64,000 bases of DNA from an uncultured Clostridia bacterium. Its GTDB lineage: Bacteria > Bacillota > Clostridia > Christensenellales > CAG-917. Numbering within the stretch: position 1 is the stretch's first letter; each line of letters begins with the position of its first letter. The stretch spans positions 413 to 64,412 of the forward strand of contig CALVTH010000005.1 of assembly GCA_944360115.1 (NCBI GenBank). Reading direction: 5' to 3'. Made by a program: the position numbers and the translations under genes. Shown in pieces: positions 26,511 through 35,706 of this stretch. The notes beneath the pieces were generated by a model. It did not search any database and was not told the origin of the DNA. It saw nothing but the letters and a program-made list of their open reading frames with translations.

Positions 26511-26603
26511 CGCGGCAGGTGCCGCAGAAGACGCTTCGGCGTCGAGTGGGAGAAGATAAATCCTTTTATGTCTTCGCTCTACCACGATTAGTCAGGAGGT
26601 ATT

Positions 26604-27029
26604 ATGGCTAAGAAAATTACGGCAGTGGTCAAACTGCAACTCCCCGCAGGGAAAGCAACTCCGGGACCTCCCGTCGGTTCCTCCCTCGGTCCTCACGGAA
26701 TCAACATCCCCGCATTCACGAAGGAATTCAACGAAAAGACGGCGAAGCAGGCGGGTCTCATCATCCCCGTCGTCATCACCATCTATCAGGACCGTTCCTT
26801 CACCTTCATCCTCAAGACCCCTCCCGCCCCCGTCCTCATCAAGAAGGCCTGCGGCATAGAGAGTGCGTCCGCCCGTCCCAACCGCGATAAGGTTGCGACC
26901 ATAACCAAGGCGCAGGTCAAGGAAATTGCGGAACTCAAAATGGTCGATCTGAACGCGGGTTCGCTCGAAGCCGCCATGAGCATGATAGCCGGTACTGCGC
27001 GCAGTATGGGTATCGTCGTGGAAGAATAA
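26604..27029 (+). CDS. rplK: 50S ribosomal protein L11
   Basis: [24 protein letters not shown]. Confidence 0.98.
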   Translation: MAKKITAVVKLQLPAGKATPGPPVGSSLGPHGINIPAFTKEFNEKTAKQAGLIIPVVITIYQDRSFTFILKTPPAPVLIKKACGIESASARPNRDKVATITKAQVKEIAELKMVDLNAGSLEAAMSMIAGTARSMGIVVEE

Positions 27030-27041
27030 GGAGGCAGAGCA

Positions 27042-27731
27042 ATGAAACGCGGTAAAAATTATATCGATTCCAAGAAACTCATTGAAAACAACAAACTTTA
27101 CGACAGCGCGGAAGCCATCGATCTCGCGATACAGACCGCAAAGTCCAAGTTTGACGAAACGATAGAACTGCATGTCAAGCTCGGTGTCGACCCCCGTCAC
27201 GCCGACCAGCAGGTCAGGGGCGTCGTCGTGCTTCCTCACGGCACGGGCAAAACCGTCCGCGTCCTCGTCATCGCCAAGGGCGACAAGGCTATCGAAGCGC
27301 AGAACGCCGGTGCCGATTTCGTCGGTGCGGAAGATATGATTCAGAAAATCACTTCCGAGAACTGGTTCGGGTTCGACGCCGTCGTCACCACTCCCGATAT
27401 GATGGGTCTCGTCGGCCGTCTCGGTCGTGTGCTCGGCCCCAAGGGCTTGATGCCCAACCCCAAGTCCGGCACCGTCACCATGGATGTCACCCGCGCCATC
27501 AACGACATCAAAGCCGGTAAAGTGGAGTACAGAGTCGACAAGACCGCTATAGTCCATGTCCCCATCGGCAAGAAGTCTTTCGGCAAAGAGAAGCTGATGG
27601 ACAACTTCAACACCGTCATGGAAGCCCTCGTCAAGGCCAAACCCGCAGCGTCCAAGGGACAGTATCTCAAGTCTGTCTGCCTTGCCGCCACCATGGGTCC
27701 CTCCGTCAAGGTGCTTTACAAGACGAACTGA
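27042..27731 (+). CDS. rplA: 50S ribosomal protein L1
   Basis: [22 protein letters not shown].... Confidence 0.98.
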   Translation: MKRGKNYIDSKKLIENNKLYDSAEAIDLAIQTAKSKFDETIELHVKLGVDPRHADQQVRGVVVLPHGTGKTVRVLVIAKGDKAIEAQNAGADFVGAEDMIQKITSENWFGFDAVVTTPDMMGLVGRLGRVLGPKGLMPNPKSGTVTMDVTRAINDIKAGKVEYRVDKTAIVHVPIGKKSFGKEKLMDNFNTVMEALVKAKPAASKGQYLKSVCLAATMGPSVKVLYKTN

Positions 27732-27821
27732 ACTCCGTTTCCGTCCGCACGCCGTTTCGGCGCGCGGACGGAATGGGCGTGACACGCAAAACCGTCCCTT
27801 CGCGCAATATGCGCGATTCGG

Positions 27822-27850
27822 TTGACATCGTCCGTGCGCTTTGGTAGAAT
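27822..27850 (+). promoter_or_regulatory. rplJL promoter (-35 TTGACA 27822-27827, extended -10 TGgTAGAAT 27842-27850)
   Basis: Consensus -35, 17-bp spacer, TG-extended -10. Confidence 0.6.
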
Positions 27851-27930
27851 AAGCGCGTTCCTGAGACAGCAAGTGGCCTGTGCCGTAAACGCTCCGCGTG
27901 CTTGCCGAGGATTGTATAATGCTTTTCCGC

Positions 27931-27968
27931 ATTCGTCATTCCGTGCTCAGGATGACGAATTTTATTTT
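27931..27968 (+). promoter_or_regulatory. Attenuator (terminator hairpin) inside the rplJ 5' leader, consistent with an L10-leader-type autoregulatory element
   Basis: 11-bp stem ATTCGTCATTC / GGATGACGAAT (27931-27941 with 27950-27960), then TTTATTTT, about 15 nt before the rplJ RBS AAGGAGG. Confidence 0.55.
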
Positions 27969-27982
27969 ACAAGGAGGTAACA

Positions 27983-28486
27983 ATGGCATCCAAAGAAGTT
28001 CTTGCCGCAAAGGAAGAGCAGGTCGAAGCCATCAAAGCCAAGATCTCGGCTGCGAAGTCCATCGTCGTCATCGACTATATGGGACTCAATGTCGCCGAAG
28101 ACACGGCTTTCAGGAAGGCGATGCGCACCGCAGGCGTTGACTATCAGGTTCTCAAGAACCGCCTCGTCAAGCGTGCCTTCAACGAACTGGGCTACACCGT
28201 GTTCGACGAGGCTCTCAACGGACCTTCCGCAGTGGCGTTTTCCGACAACGACGCAATCGCTCCTGCGAAAATCATCGTCGAGAGTATCAAGAAGTTCAAC
28301 AAAATGAAGGCGAAGTGCGGTATGGTCGAGGGCGAATTCCTTGACGAAAACGGCGTCAAAGCGATTGCCGCCATTCCCCCGAGGGAAATCCTCATCGCCA
28401 AGATGCTCGGCAGCATGCAGTCTCCCATCACCAAACTCGCTGTGTGCCTGAGCAAAATCGCAGAGCAAAAGGAACAACAGGCTTGA
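27983..28486 (+). CDS. rplJ: 50S ribosomal protein L10
   Basis: Position and sequence (VVIDYMGLNVAEDTAFRKAMR...). Confidence 0.97.
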   Translation: MASKEVLAAKEEQVEAIKAKISAAKSIVVIDYMGLNVAEDTAFRKAMRTAGVDYQVLKNRLVKRAFNELGYTVFDEALNGPSAVAFSDNDAIAPAKIIVESIKKFNKMKAKCGMVEGEFLDENGVKAIAAIPPREILIAKMLGSMQSPITKLAVCLSKIAEQKEQQA

Positions 28487-28541
28487 CGGAATCGTTCGGC
28501 TGAGACAAATTCAAAAATAAAAAAATTACGGAGAAATAAAA

Positions 28542-28919
28542 ATGGCAGACCTTCAGAAACTTATGGAAGAAATCAAGAGCATGACCGTCCTCGAGCTGTC
28601 CAATTTCGTTAAGCAACTCGAAGAGGAATTCGGCGTCAGCGCGGCGGCACCCGTAGCGGTGGCGGCGGCAGGCGGCGCGGCGGAAGCGGCCCCCGCGGAA
28701 GAGGAAAAGACGGAATTCGATGTCGTCCTCAAAGAAGTCGGCCCCAACAAAGTGCAGGTCATCAAGGTCGTCAAGGACGCCACCGGACTCGGCCTCGTCG
28801 AAGCCAAGGGCGTTGTCGACGGCGCACCCAAGACCGTCAAAGAGGCTATGCCCAAGGAAGCGGCGGAAGCCCTCGTTGCCAAGTTCAAGGAAGTCGGCGC
28901 GACCGCCGAAATCAAATAA
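28542..28919 (+). CDS. rplL: 50S ribosomal protein L7/L12
   Basis: Ala-rich hinge, C-terminal [23 protein letters not shown]. Confidence 0.98.
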   Translation: MADLQKLMEEIKSMTVLELSNFVKQLEEEFGVSAAAPVAVAAAGGAAEAAPAEEEKTEFDVVLKEVGPNKVQVIKVVKDATGLGLVEAKGVVDGAPKTVKEAMPKEAAEALVAKFKEVGATAEIK

Positions 28920-28983
28920 CGGACCGGCATTGCGGCGTAATTACCGTATGCGTTACGGCATAATCACCGTGTATTAACCGAAA

Positions 28984-29015
28984 GGGCAGGGTGCAAGTCG
29001 CACCTTGCCCTTTTT
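28984..29015 (+). terminator. Intrinsic terminator after rplL
   Basis: 11-bp stem GGGCAGGGTGC / GCACCTTGCCC, then TTTTT. Confidence 0.75.
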
Positions 29016-29097
29016 CTGTCCGAGCTTGTCGAATTGTGACGGATTTTGTCGAAACTCGGGCAGTGCAATCAAAACGGATTGAATTAAGGGGATTTCT

Positions 29098-30162
29098 ATG
29101 GACAACCGTTATTCACGCGGGCTTCGCACGATGGCGATAATCGCCGTCATCATTGCCGCCGCGCTCGTTTGCACGGCAGCGGGCACTCTTGCGGCTTTCA
29201 GCGCAACCTACACCTGGTCGTCCGATACAACTTCGGGCGATTTTCCTTTTTCGGACGCCGACTATACTCTCGCGCTTTTCGACGACGCCACCCCGATTTT
29301 GCCGGGCGACAGCGGCAGCGCCGTCCTCGAAGGTCCGTCCTTCGACGGCTACGATGTGGCGTGGACCTTTTCGGAAACCAACGACGCGGTGCTTCCCGTC
29401 GTGTTTTTCGTGAGGGACGCCGATTTGAATCCGATTGCGAGGTCGGCGTACTCGAAATACGACTTTTCCGCCCTCGGCGACACCTATACGGACACCGACA
29501 AGGCGGGAGAAAGACTTGCGGTCGCGGGCATTTCGACCGACCCCACCGGTTTCGTCTCCGCGCTGTCCGTGGGCGCGACGGTGTGCTGGGTGTGGCCGAG
29601 CGCATTTTATACCGACGCGAGCGGCGACGCGTTATCGGACATCGCCGCCGTGGACGCCTACGACGAAATGTGCATGAAACTGTGCACGAATTACGCTTTC
29701 GACCCCGTTCTTTCTTCCGCGCTCAACGGTTACGCGCGGGCGTTCGTGACGGGTGAGACGGACGGGACGCTGACATGGAAGGGCGCTGAGAGCGGCCCGA
29801 CATTCTCGGTCGTCGACGGCCTGGTCCGTGTGGGCGGCACGGAAGCCGCGCTGTATTCCTCGGGAGTTTTCTGGAGGACGGGTTCGGATCTTGCCGCTGC
29901 CGCGAAAGGGTTGCCCTCGGACACCGAAGCGTGGATTCTCGTGCTGACGCGCGATGTGGGCAACATAACCGCGCTGGCACAGAACGCGGGCGTAGGCTCG
30001 CTCATAGTCAATGCGGGCAAATACAGCGCGAGCTCCGACTACAAAACGGCTTCTCCCTCGCAGGACGGCGAAAGGACTTTGCTGAAAGTCAGGGTGTCGC
30101 CCGCGGAAGGCGGTCATGCGCTTTCCGTCAAAATAACCGCCACCGTCACGGCGGGAGCGTGA
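29098..30162 (+). CDS. Secreted TasA/camelysin (M73)-like protein with a SipW-type signal peptide
   Basis: N-terminal TM ending in AGTLAAFSA (residues 28-36), then ILPGD (67-71), as in TasA/CalY-family proteins. Beta-rich, Ala/Gly/Thr-rich remainder. Confidence 0.6.
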   Translation: MDNRYSRGLRTMAIIAVIIAAALVCTAAGTLAAFSATYTWSSDTTSGDFPFSDADYTLALFDDATPILPGDSGSAVLEGPSFDGYDVAWTFSETNDAVLPVVFFVRDADLNPIARSAYSKYDFSALGDTYTDTDKAGERLAVAGISTDPTGFVSALSVGATVCWVWPSAFYTDASGDALSDIAAVDAYDEMCMKLCTNYAFDPVLSSALNGYARAFVTGETDGTLTWKGAESGPTFSVVDGLVRVGGTEAALYSSGVFWRTGSDLAAAAKGLPSDTEAWILVLTRDVGNITALAQNAGVGSLIVNAGKYSASSDYKTASPSQDGERTLLKVRVSPAEGGHALSVKITATVTAGA

Positions 30163-30163
30163 T

Positions 30164-30829
30164 ATGAAAGCGGCAAACGGCGCGCGCGGCGCGCCGTCCG
30201 TATTCGCGCGGGTGACTGACGCGCTGTGTCTTGCGCTCATTTCGGTCTGCGTTGCCGTATCAGTCGCCGCGGCGGTGTTCGGAGTGGCGACGGTTGTTTG
30301 CGGCTATCCCACCTTCGGCGGCGACGGCTACTGCTATGTCGGCGACGAAGGCGTGCCCGATGCGGTGCAAGGGCGCACCGTTCTCGCGTTCCGCAGTTGC
30401 GACGGGAAGGAAGCGCGGACGGGCGACACCGTGATATACGACAGCGGAGCGGGAGCGCGCGCGGGAGTGTGCGTGGCGACGGACGGCGCCGTGCAAAGGG
30501 TGGTGCTGAGTACCGCTCGGGGAATAACCTCCGTGCCGTTTTCCGCGGTGGTCGGCGTGGCTTTCGCCGCCGACGAGAGCGCGGGAAAGTTCGTGGGAGC
30601 GCTTGCCGATATCTATCCCGCCTCGTCGTATGCGTTGTTCACACTTGCCGCGGCGGCGATTGCCGTTACCGTAATATCGTCGGTCAAAAGGCGCAGAAAG
30701 ACTCGAAAAGGCGAAATTAGCGGGCGGAATGGCCGCGGAGGGCGACGAAACGCCCCCGACGAGTACGGGCGAGAGGCGGACAGAACGGAAAAGGAAGACG
30801 GAAGCGAGAGCGGCAACGAAACAGCCTGA
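30164..30829 (+). CDS. Membrane protein with SipW/Sec11-like architecture but degenerate catalytic boxes (function uncertain)
   Basis: Starts 1 nt after the upstream stop. TM - PTFGGDG - GDTVIY - second TM - basic/acidic tail. No SGSMEP, no HR box, no GDNN box. Confidence 0.45.
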   Translation: MKAANGARGAPSVFARVTDALCLALISVCVAVSVAAAVFGVATVVCGYPTFGGDGYCYVGDEGVPDAVQGRTVLAFRSCDGKEARTGDTVIYDSGAGARAGVCVATDGAVQRVVLSTARGITSVPFSAVVGVAFAADESAGKFVGALADIYPASSYALFTLAAAAIAVTVISSVKRRRKTRKGEISGRNGRGGRRNAPDEYGREADRTEKEDGSESGNETA

Positions 30830-30985
30830 GACGAACGCGCGAACGGAAACGCGGGAGATTGCGGGCGTTCCGACGGAGAAGAAAGAGAGGAAGAGCCTTG
30901 AAAAACGGCGTGCGGTGATTTGCTTGTCCCGCCGAAGCGTTGCAAAACCGAAAAACTTTGCGGAGAAAAATCGCGAATAAAACCA

Positions 30986-31011
30986 AAACCGCGCTTTATT
31001 GCGCGGTTTTT
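30986..31011. terminator. Bidirectional intrinsic terminator
   Basis: AAAACCGCGC-TTTATT-GCGCGGTTTTT (A-run upstream, T-run downstream). Confidence 0.7.
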
Positions 31012-31236
31012 ACATTATAAAATGTTCTTTTGTTTTATTACGGCTGCCCGGGGCGGATTCCGTCGAGTCTGCGTCGGGCGGTTGCTCGGCACGGATTCCG
31101 TCGAGTTCGTGTCGGGGTGTCGCCCTTCGTTGACCGCTGCACGGGGTACGCTTTGCGCGCGGACATTAACGCGCGCTTTGAACACGGTCTGCACGGGGAT
31201 TGTCGCCCGTCATCGCAAGGCGCGGTCGTGTCGCGG

Positions 31237-31548
31237 TCAGTCTTTTGTGGTGACTCGGGAGCGGCACTTGGTGCCCGTGAGGGAATCCTTTACGGAGATG
31301 TTTTCCGCACAGCACAGTCCGTCGGTGTTGAACGCGCAGTCGGCGGAGCATTGCACTATGCTGTCCTGGCGCAGGCCGTGGAATTCCTCGCCCGCTTCCA
31401 CATCGGCAAAGGACTGCGCAAGCGCGCCGCCTTCGCGTTTTATGCGGCTGAGACATCTGGCGTTGTCGCCCACGGAGATTATGCCCGCAAGACATTTGCA
31501 TTTGAGGTTGTGTTCGCAGTTGGATGTTTCGCAGCGTATTTCTTTCAT
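31237..31548 (-). CDS. DUF1540 domain protein (two Cys-rich copies)
   Basis: IRCETSNCEHNLKCKCLAGIISV and VQCSADCAFNTDGLCCAENISV. RBS GGAAGGTG. Confidence 0.8.
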   Translation of the reverse strand: MKEIRCETSNCEHNLKCKCLAGIISVGDNARCLSRIKREGGALAQSFADVEAGEEFHGLRQDSIVQCSADCAFNTDGLCCAENISVKDSLTGTKCRSRVTTKD

Positions 31549-31597
31549 CGGTCACCTTCCGTCGCGTATCGCGACCGAAAGTATTGTGCCCGCCGTA

Positions 31598-31626
31598 TTG
31601 TTTTTTATACGCGCGGGTGATATAAT
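31598..31626 (+). promoter_or_regulatory. rplI promoter (-35 TTGTTT, extended -10 TGaTATAAT 31618-31626)
   Basis: Consensus TATAAT with upstream TG. 17-bp spacer. Weak -35. Confidence 0.5.
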
Positions 31627-31643
31627 TTCGTAAAGGAGTTTTT

Positions 31644-32090
31644 ATGAAAGTCATACTCGTTCAGGATGTCAAAGGCACGGGAAAGAAGGGGGAAATCGTC
31701 GAAGTCAACGACGGTTACGCCCGCAATTTCCTTCTCAAGAAAGGGCTTGCCCAGGAGGGCACGGCGCAGAATCTCTATGTCGCGGCGCAGCGCGAAAAGG
31801 CGCGTCTTGCCAAGATGGCGGCGGAAAAGGCCGAGGCAAAGGTCGTCGCCGACAGGCTTGTCAAGATGACCCTCGTCGTCAAGGCCCGCGCGGGCAGCGA
31901 GGGCGGCAGGATGTTCGGCTCGGTCACCAACGAAAACATCGCCGACGCGCTTGCCGAAGAGGGAGTCGTCATCGACAAGAAAAAAATCGAAATCAAGGAA
32001 AGCATACGCGATTTCGGCGATTTCGAGGTGCTGGTGCGTGTCTATCCCGAGATTTCCGCAAAACTCAGGATAACGGTGGTGCGCGCGTGA
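31644..32090 (+). CDS. rplI: 50S ribosomal protein L9
   Basis: [30 protein letters not shown].... Confidence 0.97.
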   Translation: MKVILVQDVKGTGKKGEIVEVNDGYARNFLLKKGLAQEGTAQNLYVAAQREKARLAKMAAEKAEAKVVADRLVKMTLVVKARAGSEGGRMFGSVTNENIADALAEEGVVIDKKKIEIKESIRDFGDFEVLVRVYPEISAKLRITVVRA

Positions 32091-32794
32091 AGTCGGAGGA
32101 AATCTCTCTCGGCGCGTGCGGCGGGCGTATTCTCGTCGGCGACGGCTATCGTTTCACGCAGGACAGCGTCCTGCTTGCCAACCTTTTGCGGGCGGGGTCC
32201 AGAGACCGACTGCTCGACCTGGGGTGCGGCGGCGGCGTGATAGGCGTGCTCGCCCTGCTCAAAAAGGGCGTGAAAGAGGTCGTTGGAGTGGAGAAGGACG
32301 AAGCGGCGGCGGCTCTTGCCGAGCGCAACGCCGCCCTCAACGGACTGTCCGACAAAATGCGCGCGGTGTGCGCCGATGTGTCCGACGCCCCGCGGCTGCT
32401 GGGCAGGGAAACATTCGACAAAGTCGTCGCAAATCCCCCTTATTACGATTTCGACGACGGCACGGTGAGCCGCGACTCGGTGAGCAAACGCGAGAGCGGC
32501 GACACGCTTTCGGCATTTATCGCGGCGGGCGCGGCGTGTCTGCGCTTCGGCGGCGATTTCTTTATCGTTCACAAGGCGGCGAGGCTTGCCGATGTGACGG
32601 AAATTATGCGCGGGAACGGGCTGGAACCCAAGACGCTGACCTTCGTTTTCCCGCGTCCCGACTCGTCGGCGGACACCTTCGTCATGGCGGCGCGCAAGGG
32701 CGGCGGCAAAGGGCTCGTCGTCGGCTCGCTTTTCGTCGCCGACGGAGCGGGCAACCCCACGGCGCAATTTCAGGCTCTTTACGACAATGGCTAA
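32087..32794 (+). CDS. SAM-dependent methyltransferase, TrmN6/YfiC-like (N6-adenine type NPPY motif)
   Basis: [15 protein letters not shown]-binding motif and [11 protein letters not shown] overlaps the rplI stop. Confidence 0.75.
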   Translation: MKSEEISLGACGGRILVGDGYRFTQDSVLLANLLRAGSRDRLLDLGCGGGVIGVLALLKKGVKEVVGVEKDEAAAALAERNAALNGLSDKMRAVCADVSDAPRLLGRETFDKVVANPPYYDFDDGTVSRDSVSKRESGDTLSAFIAAGAACLRFGGDFFIVHKAARLADVTEIMRGNGLEPKTLTFVFPRPDSSADTFVMAARKGGGKGLVVGSLFVADGAGNPTAQFQALYDNG

Positions 32795-33590
32795 ACTGTA
32801 TATAGTAGGCACCCCAATAGGCAACCTGAAAGACATCACCTTCAGGGCGGTGGAGATTCTGCGTGCGGCGGACATAGTTGCCTGCGAGGACACGCGGGTG
32901 AGCCGTCCGCTGCTCGAACATTACGGCGTTTCTGCGCGACTTATAGCATATCACAAGTTTAATGAGACCGAATGTGCGGATAAAATAGTCGATTTTGTCG
33001 AAAGCGGCAAAAATGTGGCTCTGATAACCGACGCGGGCATGCCGTCGGTGTCCGACCCGGGCGCCACGGTGGTGGCGCTGGCAAGAGCGCGCGGAATAGC
33101 GGTGGAAAGCGTGCCCGGTCCTTCCGCGGTCACCACGGCGGTGGCTCTTTCGGGGCTGAACGACCGCGGCTTCGTGTTCGTCGGCTTTTTGCCCGAAAAG
33201 GCTTCGGCAAGGAGAGAGCGCATAGAGAAAGCCGCAAAGGCCGAGCTGCCCATTGTCGTGTACGCCGCGCCGCACGATGTCGGGAAGATTGCCGCGGAGC
33301 TCGGCGCGATACTCGGCGACAGAAAGGTGATTGTCGCAAGAGAACTGACGAAATTGCACGAAAGCGTGACGGAATGTTCCCTGTTTTCCTTCGAGTGCGA
33401 GGAGCGCGGCGAGATTGTGCTGGTCGTCGAAGGCGCAAAAGTCGAAAACGCCATGCTTGCGTTGTCGCCCGAGGAACACCTTGCCGCATACATCGCCGAG
33501 GGGATGCCCGAAAAGGAAGCCGTCAAGAAAGTGGCGGCAGAGAGGGGCGTGCCCAAAAACGAAATCTACCGCCTTACCGTCAAACCCTGA
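32787..33590 (+). CDS. rsmI: 16S rRNA (cytidine1402-2'-O)-methyltransferase
   Basis: LYIVGTPIGNLKDITFRAVEILR..DIVACEDTR, tetrapyrrole-methylase-like fold. Confidence 0.92.
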   Translation: MAKLYIVGTPIGNLKDITFRAVEILRAADIVACEDTRVSRPLLEHYGVSARLIAYHKFNETECADKIVDFVESGKNVALITDAGMPSVSDPGATVVALARARGIAVESVPGPSAVTTAVALSGLNDRGFVFVGFLPEKASARRERIEKAAKAELPIVVYAAPHDVGKIAAELGAILGDRKVIVARELTKLHESVTECSLFSFECEERGEIVLVVEGAKVENAMLALSPEEHLAAYIAEGMPEKEAVKKVAAERGVPKNEIYRLTVKP

Positions 33591-33615
33591 CCCCCGCGCA
33601 ATATGCCGGAAAGCG

Positions 33616-33638
33616 CGCCCGCAATGCGGGCGTTTTTT
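33616..33638 (+). terminator. Intrinsic terminator after rsmI
   Basis: CGCCCGC-AAT-GCGGGCG followed by TTTTTT. Confidence 0.75.
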
Positions 33639-33735
33639 GATATTTTGACCCGAAGCGACGGCAACGGAAAAGGTATGCCACAATACGCGCGGCGGGGCGT
33701 GATAGCATTGTGACAGTATTCTGCGCGGAGGAATT

Positions 33736-34890
33736 ATGCGCGAATTTTTACATACTAAGCTGGATATTGCAAGGGACATCGGCGGCGCAAAGGTGTATGC
33801 CGGCGAGGACATAATCTCGTCCGTGCCGCCCACCGTGGCGGAAATCGTCGAAAACGGCAGAGTTCTGTTGATGTGTGACAGGGGCACGGCGCGGATAGCG
33901 TCGGATGTCGCCGCCGCCATGAAAGGGGGCGGATTCCGCGTGAGCGCGCACGACGCCGACGAGGATTTCGAGCCTGAGGAGCAGTGCAGGCTGGTGCTGG
34001 GAGTGGGGGCGGGCAGAGTCGCCGAAAAATGCAAGGCCGTCGCCCGCGAACTGGGGGCGGAATGCGCTCTGTTGCTCACCGCGCCCACGAGCGAAAAAAT
34101 TCTTTCGGGCGGCGGAATAAGTCAGGTGTATCTCGACAGGGATGTGCTTGCCGCCTGTCCGCGTCGGTGCTATGCGGCGGGTCTGGGCATACTGCTTGCC
34201 CGTCCCGTCGTCGAATTCGACAGAATGTTCGACGAAAAAGTGCTTTTTTCGACGCGGTCGGAAGCCGAACCGTCGGCGGTCGTGCGGGACCCGGACGCCG
34301 TTTCGCTGGCTATTGCGCTGTTGTCCCTGGGCGCGGATGACGACGCCTTTGTCGCGGGTGCGGGAGAGGGCGGACTCTTCCGTCCGTCGCCCTGCGACGC
34401 CGTTGCCGAAGTGCTTTCGCGCATCGCGCTGTCCAAAGGAAAAACTCCGCGCCTGCGAGGGGAATATATGTTCGTCACCGCCTGCGCCCTCAAGCGGTTT
34501 TACACGCTTTTTCTGTCCTCGCCGTCAATCGACACCCTGCTTCCCGTCGACAACGACGCCGCGCTTTCCCGCCTCGCCGCGCTGACGGGCAGAGACCGTG
34601 CGGGATTGCTGGAAATGTTTGACTTTTGCGATGTCAACAGTTATTTTAGAATAAGTTATATAGTCGGAGAATACAGGCTGGATTTCATCGACCGACTGTC
34701 GGCAATCGACCTCGCCGCCGCCGAAAGAAAATGGCGGCGCACCTACGACGACGCGGGCTATTTTCTGCGGAGCGCGTTCACGGCGCGCGAAGTGACGGAG
34801 GCAATGGCGCTTGCGGGTACGGTGTCGGGCGGATTGCTGCATTACGCGGCGACGACGGGCTTTCTGGACAGGGTGGCGGCGGCAGGCTGA
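33736..34890 (+). CDS. Hypothetical protein, distantly glycerol-1-phosphate dehydrogenase (AraM/EgsA) / iron-ADH-like, apparently without metal ligands
   Basis: LVLGVGAGRVAEKCKAVARELGAECALLLTAPTSEKILSG and VYLDRDVLAACPRR..AGLG resemble the G1PDH core. The GD, DW and EH..H ligand motifs are not seen. Confidence 0.4.
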   Translation: MREFLHTKLDIARDIGGAKVYAGEDIISSVPPTVAEIVENGRVLLMCDRGTARIASDVAAAMKGGGFRVSAHDADEDFEPEEQCRLVLGVGAGRVAEKCKAVARELGAECALLLTAPTSEKILSGGGISQVYLDRDVLAACPRRCYAAGLGILLARPVVEFDRMFDEKVLFSTRSEAEPSAVVRDPDAVSLAIALLSLGADDDAFVAGAGEGGLFRPSPCDAVAEVLSRIALSKGKTPRLRGEYMFVTACALKRFYTLFLSSPSIDTLLPVDNDAALSRLAALTGRDRAGLLEMFDFCDVNSYFRISYIVGEYRLDFIDRLSAIDLAAAERKWRRTYDDAGYFLRSAFTAREVTEAMALAGTVSGGLLHYAATTGFLDRVAAAG

Positions 34891-34917
34891 TTGTCCGACT
34901 CGCAAGGGAGAAAAGGA

Positions 34918-35706
34918 TTGAAAAAGGACATAAGAGAAGTCGAACTTTTTTTATTTGACCTCGACGGTACGGTGTATGTCGGCGACAGGGAGATAGAAGG
35001 CTCTTTCGCGGCGATAAACCGTCTGCGCGCTCTCGGCAAAAGAGTGTGCTTTTTCACCAACAACAGTTCCCGCAAACATACCGACTACATCGAGCGCCTG
35101 AAAAGACTGGGGCTCGAGGTGACCGCCGACGAGGTGTACACCAGCGGGCAGGTCACCTGCGAATATCTCCTCGAACATCACGCCGGCAAAAAGGTGTTGC
35201 TGCTTGGCAACGACCGCCTGAAAGAGGAGTTCGCCGAGTACGGCATATCGACCGTGGACGACAATCCCGACATCGCGGTCATAGCCTTCGACACCTCGCT
35301 CACCTACGAAAAACTGTATTCGTTCTGCAGGTGGGTGCAGGAGGACATACCGTATTTCGCCACGCACCCTGACAATTTCTGTCCCGCGGAAGTGTGTCCC
35401 ATGCCCGATGTGGGCGCGCTCACCGAAGCCGTGCGTCTGACGGTGGGGCGGTCGCCCGACCTCGTCATGGGCAAGCCGTTCGCGGCGGCGGGGGAGAGGA
35501 TAGCCAGACGCTTCGCATTGCCTCCCGAAAAGATTGCCATGGTGGGCGACAGGCTGTACACGGACATCGCCTTCGGGGTCAACTGCGGATTCGTGTCCGT
35601 GCTCGTGCTGACGGGCGAGACGGACGAAGCCATGGCGACGCAGTACGACATAAAGGCGGACATCGTCGTCGGGGCGGTGCGGGATCTGCCCGCATTGGTG
35701 GAATGA
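34918..35706 (+). CDS. HAD-IIA family hydrolase (NagD-like sugar phosphatase)
   Basis: FLFDLDGTVY, FFTNNSS, GDRLYTDI motifs. TTG 34918 is preceded by GGGAGAAAAGGA. The tracked ORF begins at TTG 34891. Confidence 0.85.
   Translation: MKKDIREVELFLFDLDGTVYVGDREIEGSFAAINRLRALGKRVCFFTNNSSRKHTDYIERLKRLGLEVTADEVYTSGQVTCEYLLEHHAGKKVLLLGNDRLKEEFAEYGISTVDDNPDIAVIAFDTSLTYEKLYSFCRWVQEDIPYFATHPDNFCPAEVCPMPDVGALTEAVRLTVGRSPDLVMGKPFAAAGERIARRFALPPEKIAMVGDRLYTDIAFGVNCGFVSVLVLTGETDEAMATQYDIKADIVVGAVRDLPALVE

Noticed and set aside
26511-26603. Checked the nusG-rplK spacer and other spacers for tRNA genes or an L1-binding leader
   Set aside because: No cloverleaf-compatible sequence, and I cannot recognise a specific leader motif by eye. 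Left unannotated.
30920-31654. ORFs 30920..31633 (+), 31030..31620 (+) and 31166..31654 (-) around the DUF1540 gene
   Set aside because: They overlap the DUF1540 CDS in other frames or on the other strand, cross the bidirectional terminator or the rplI promoter, and have biased Arg/Cys composition.
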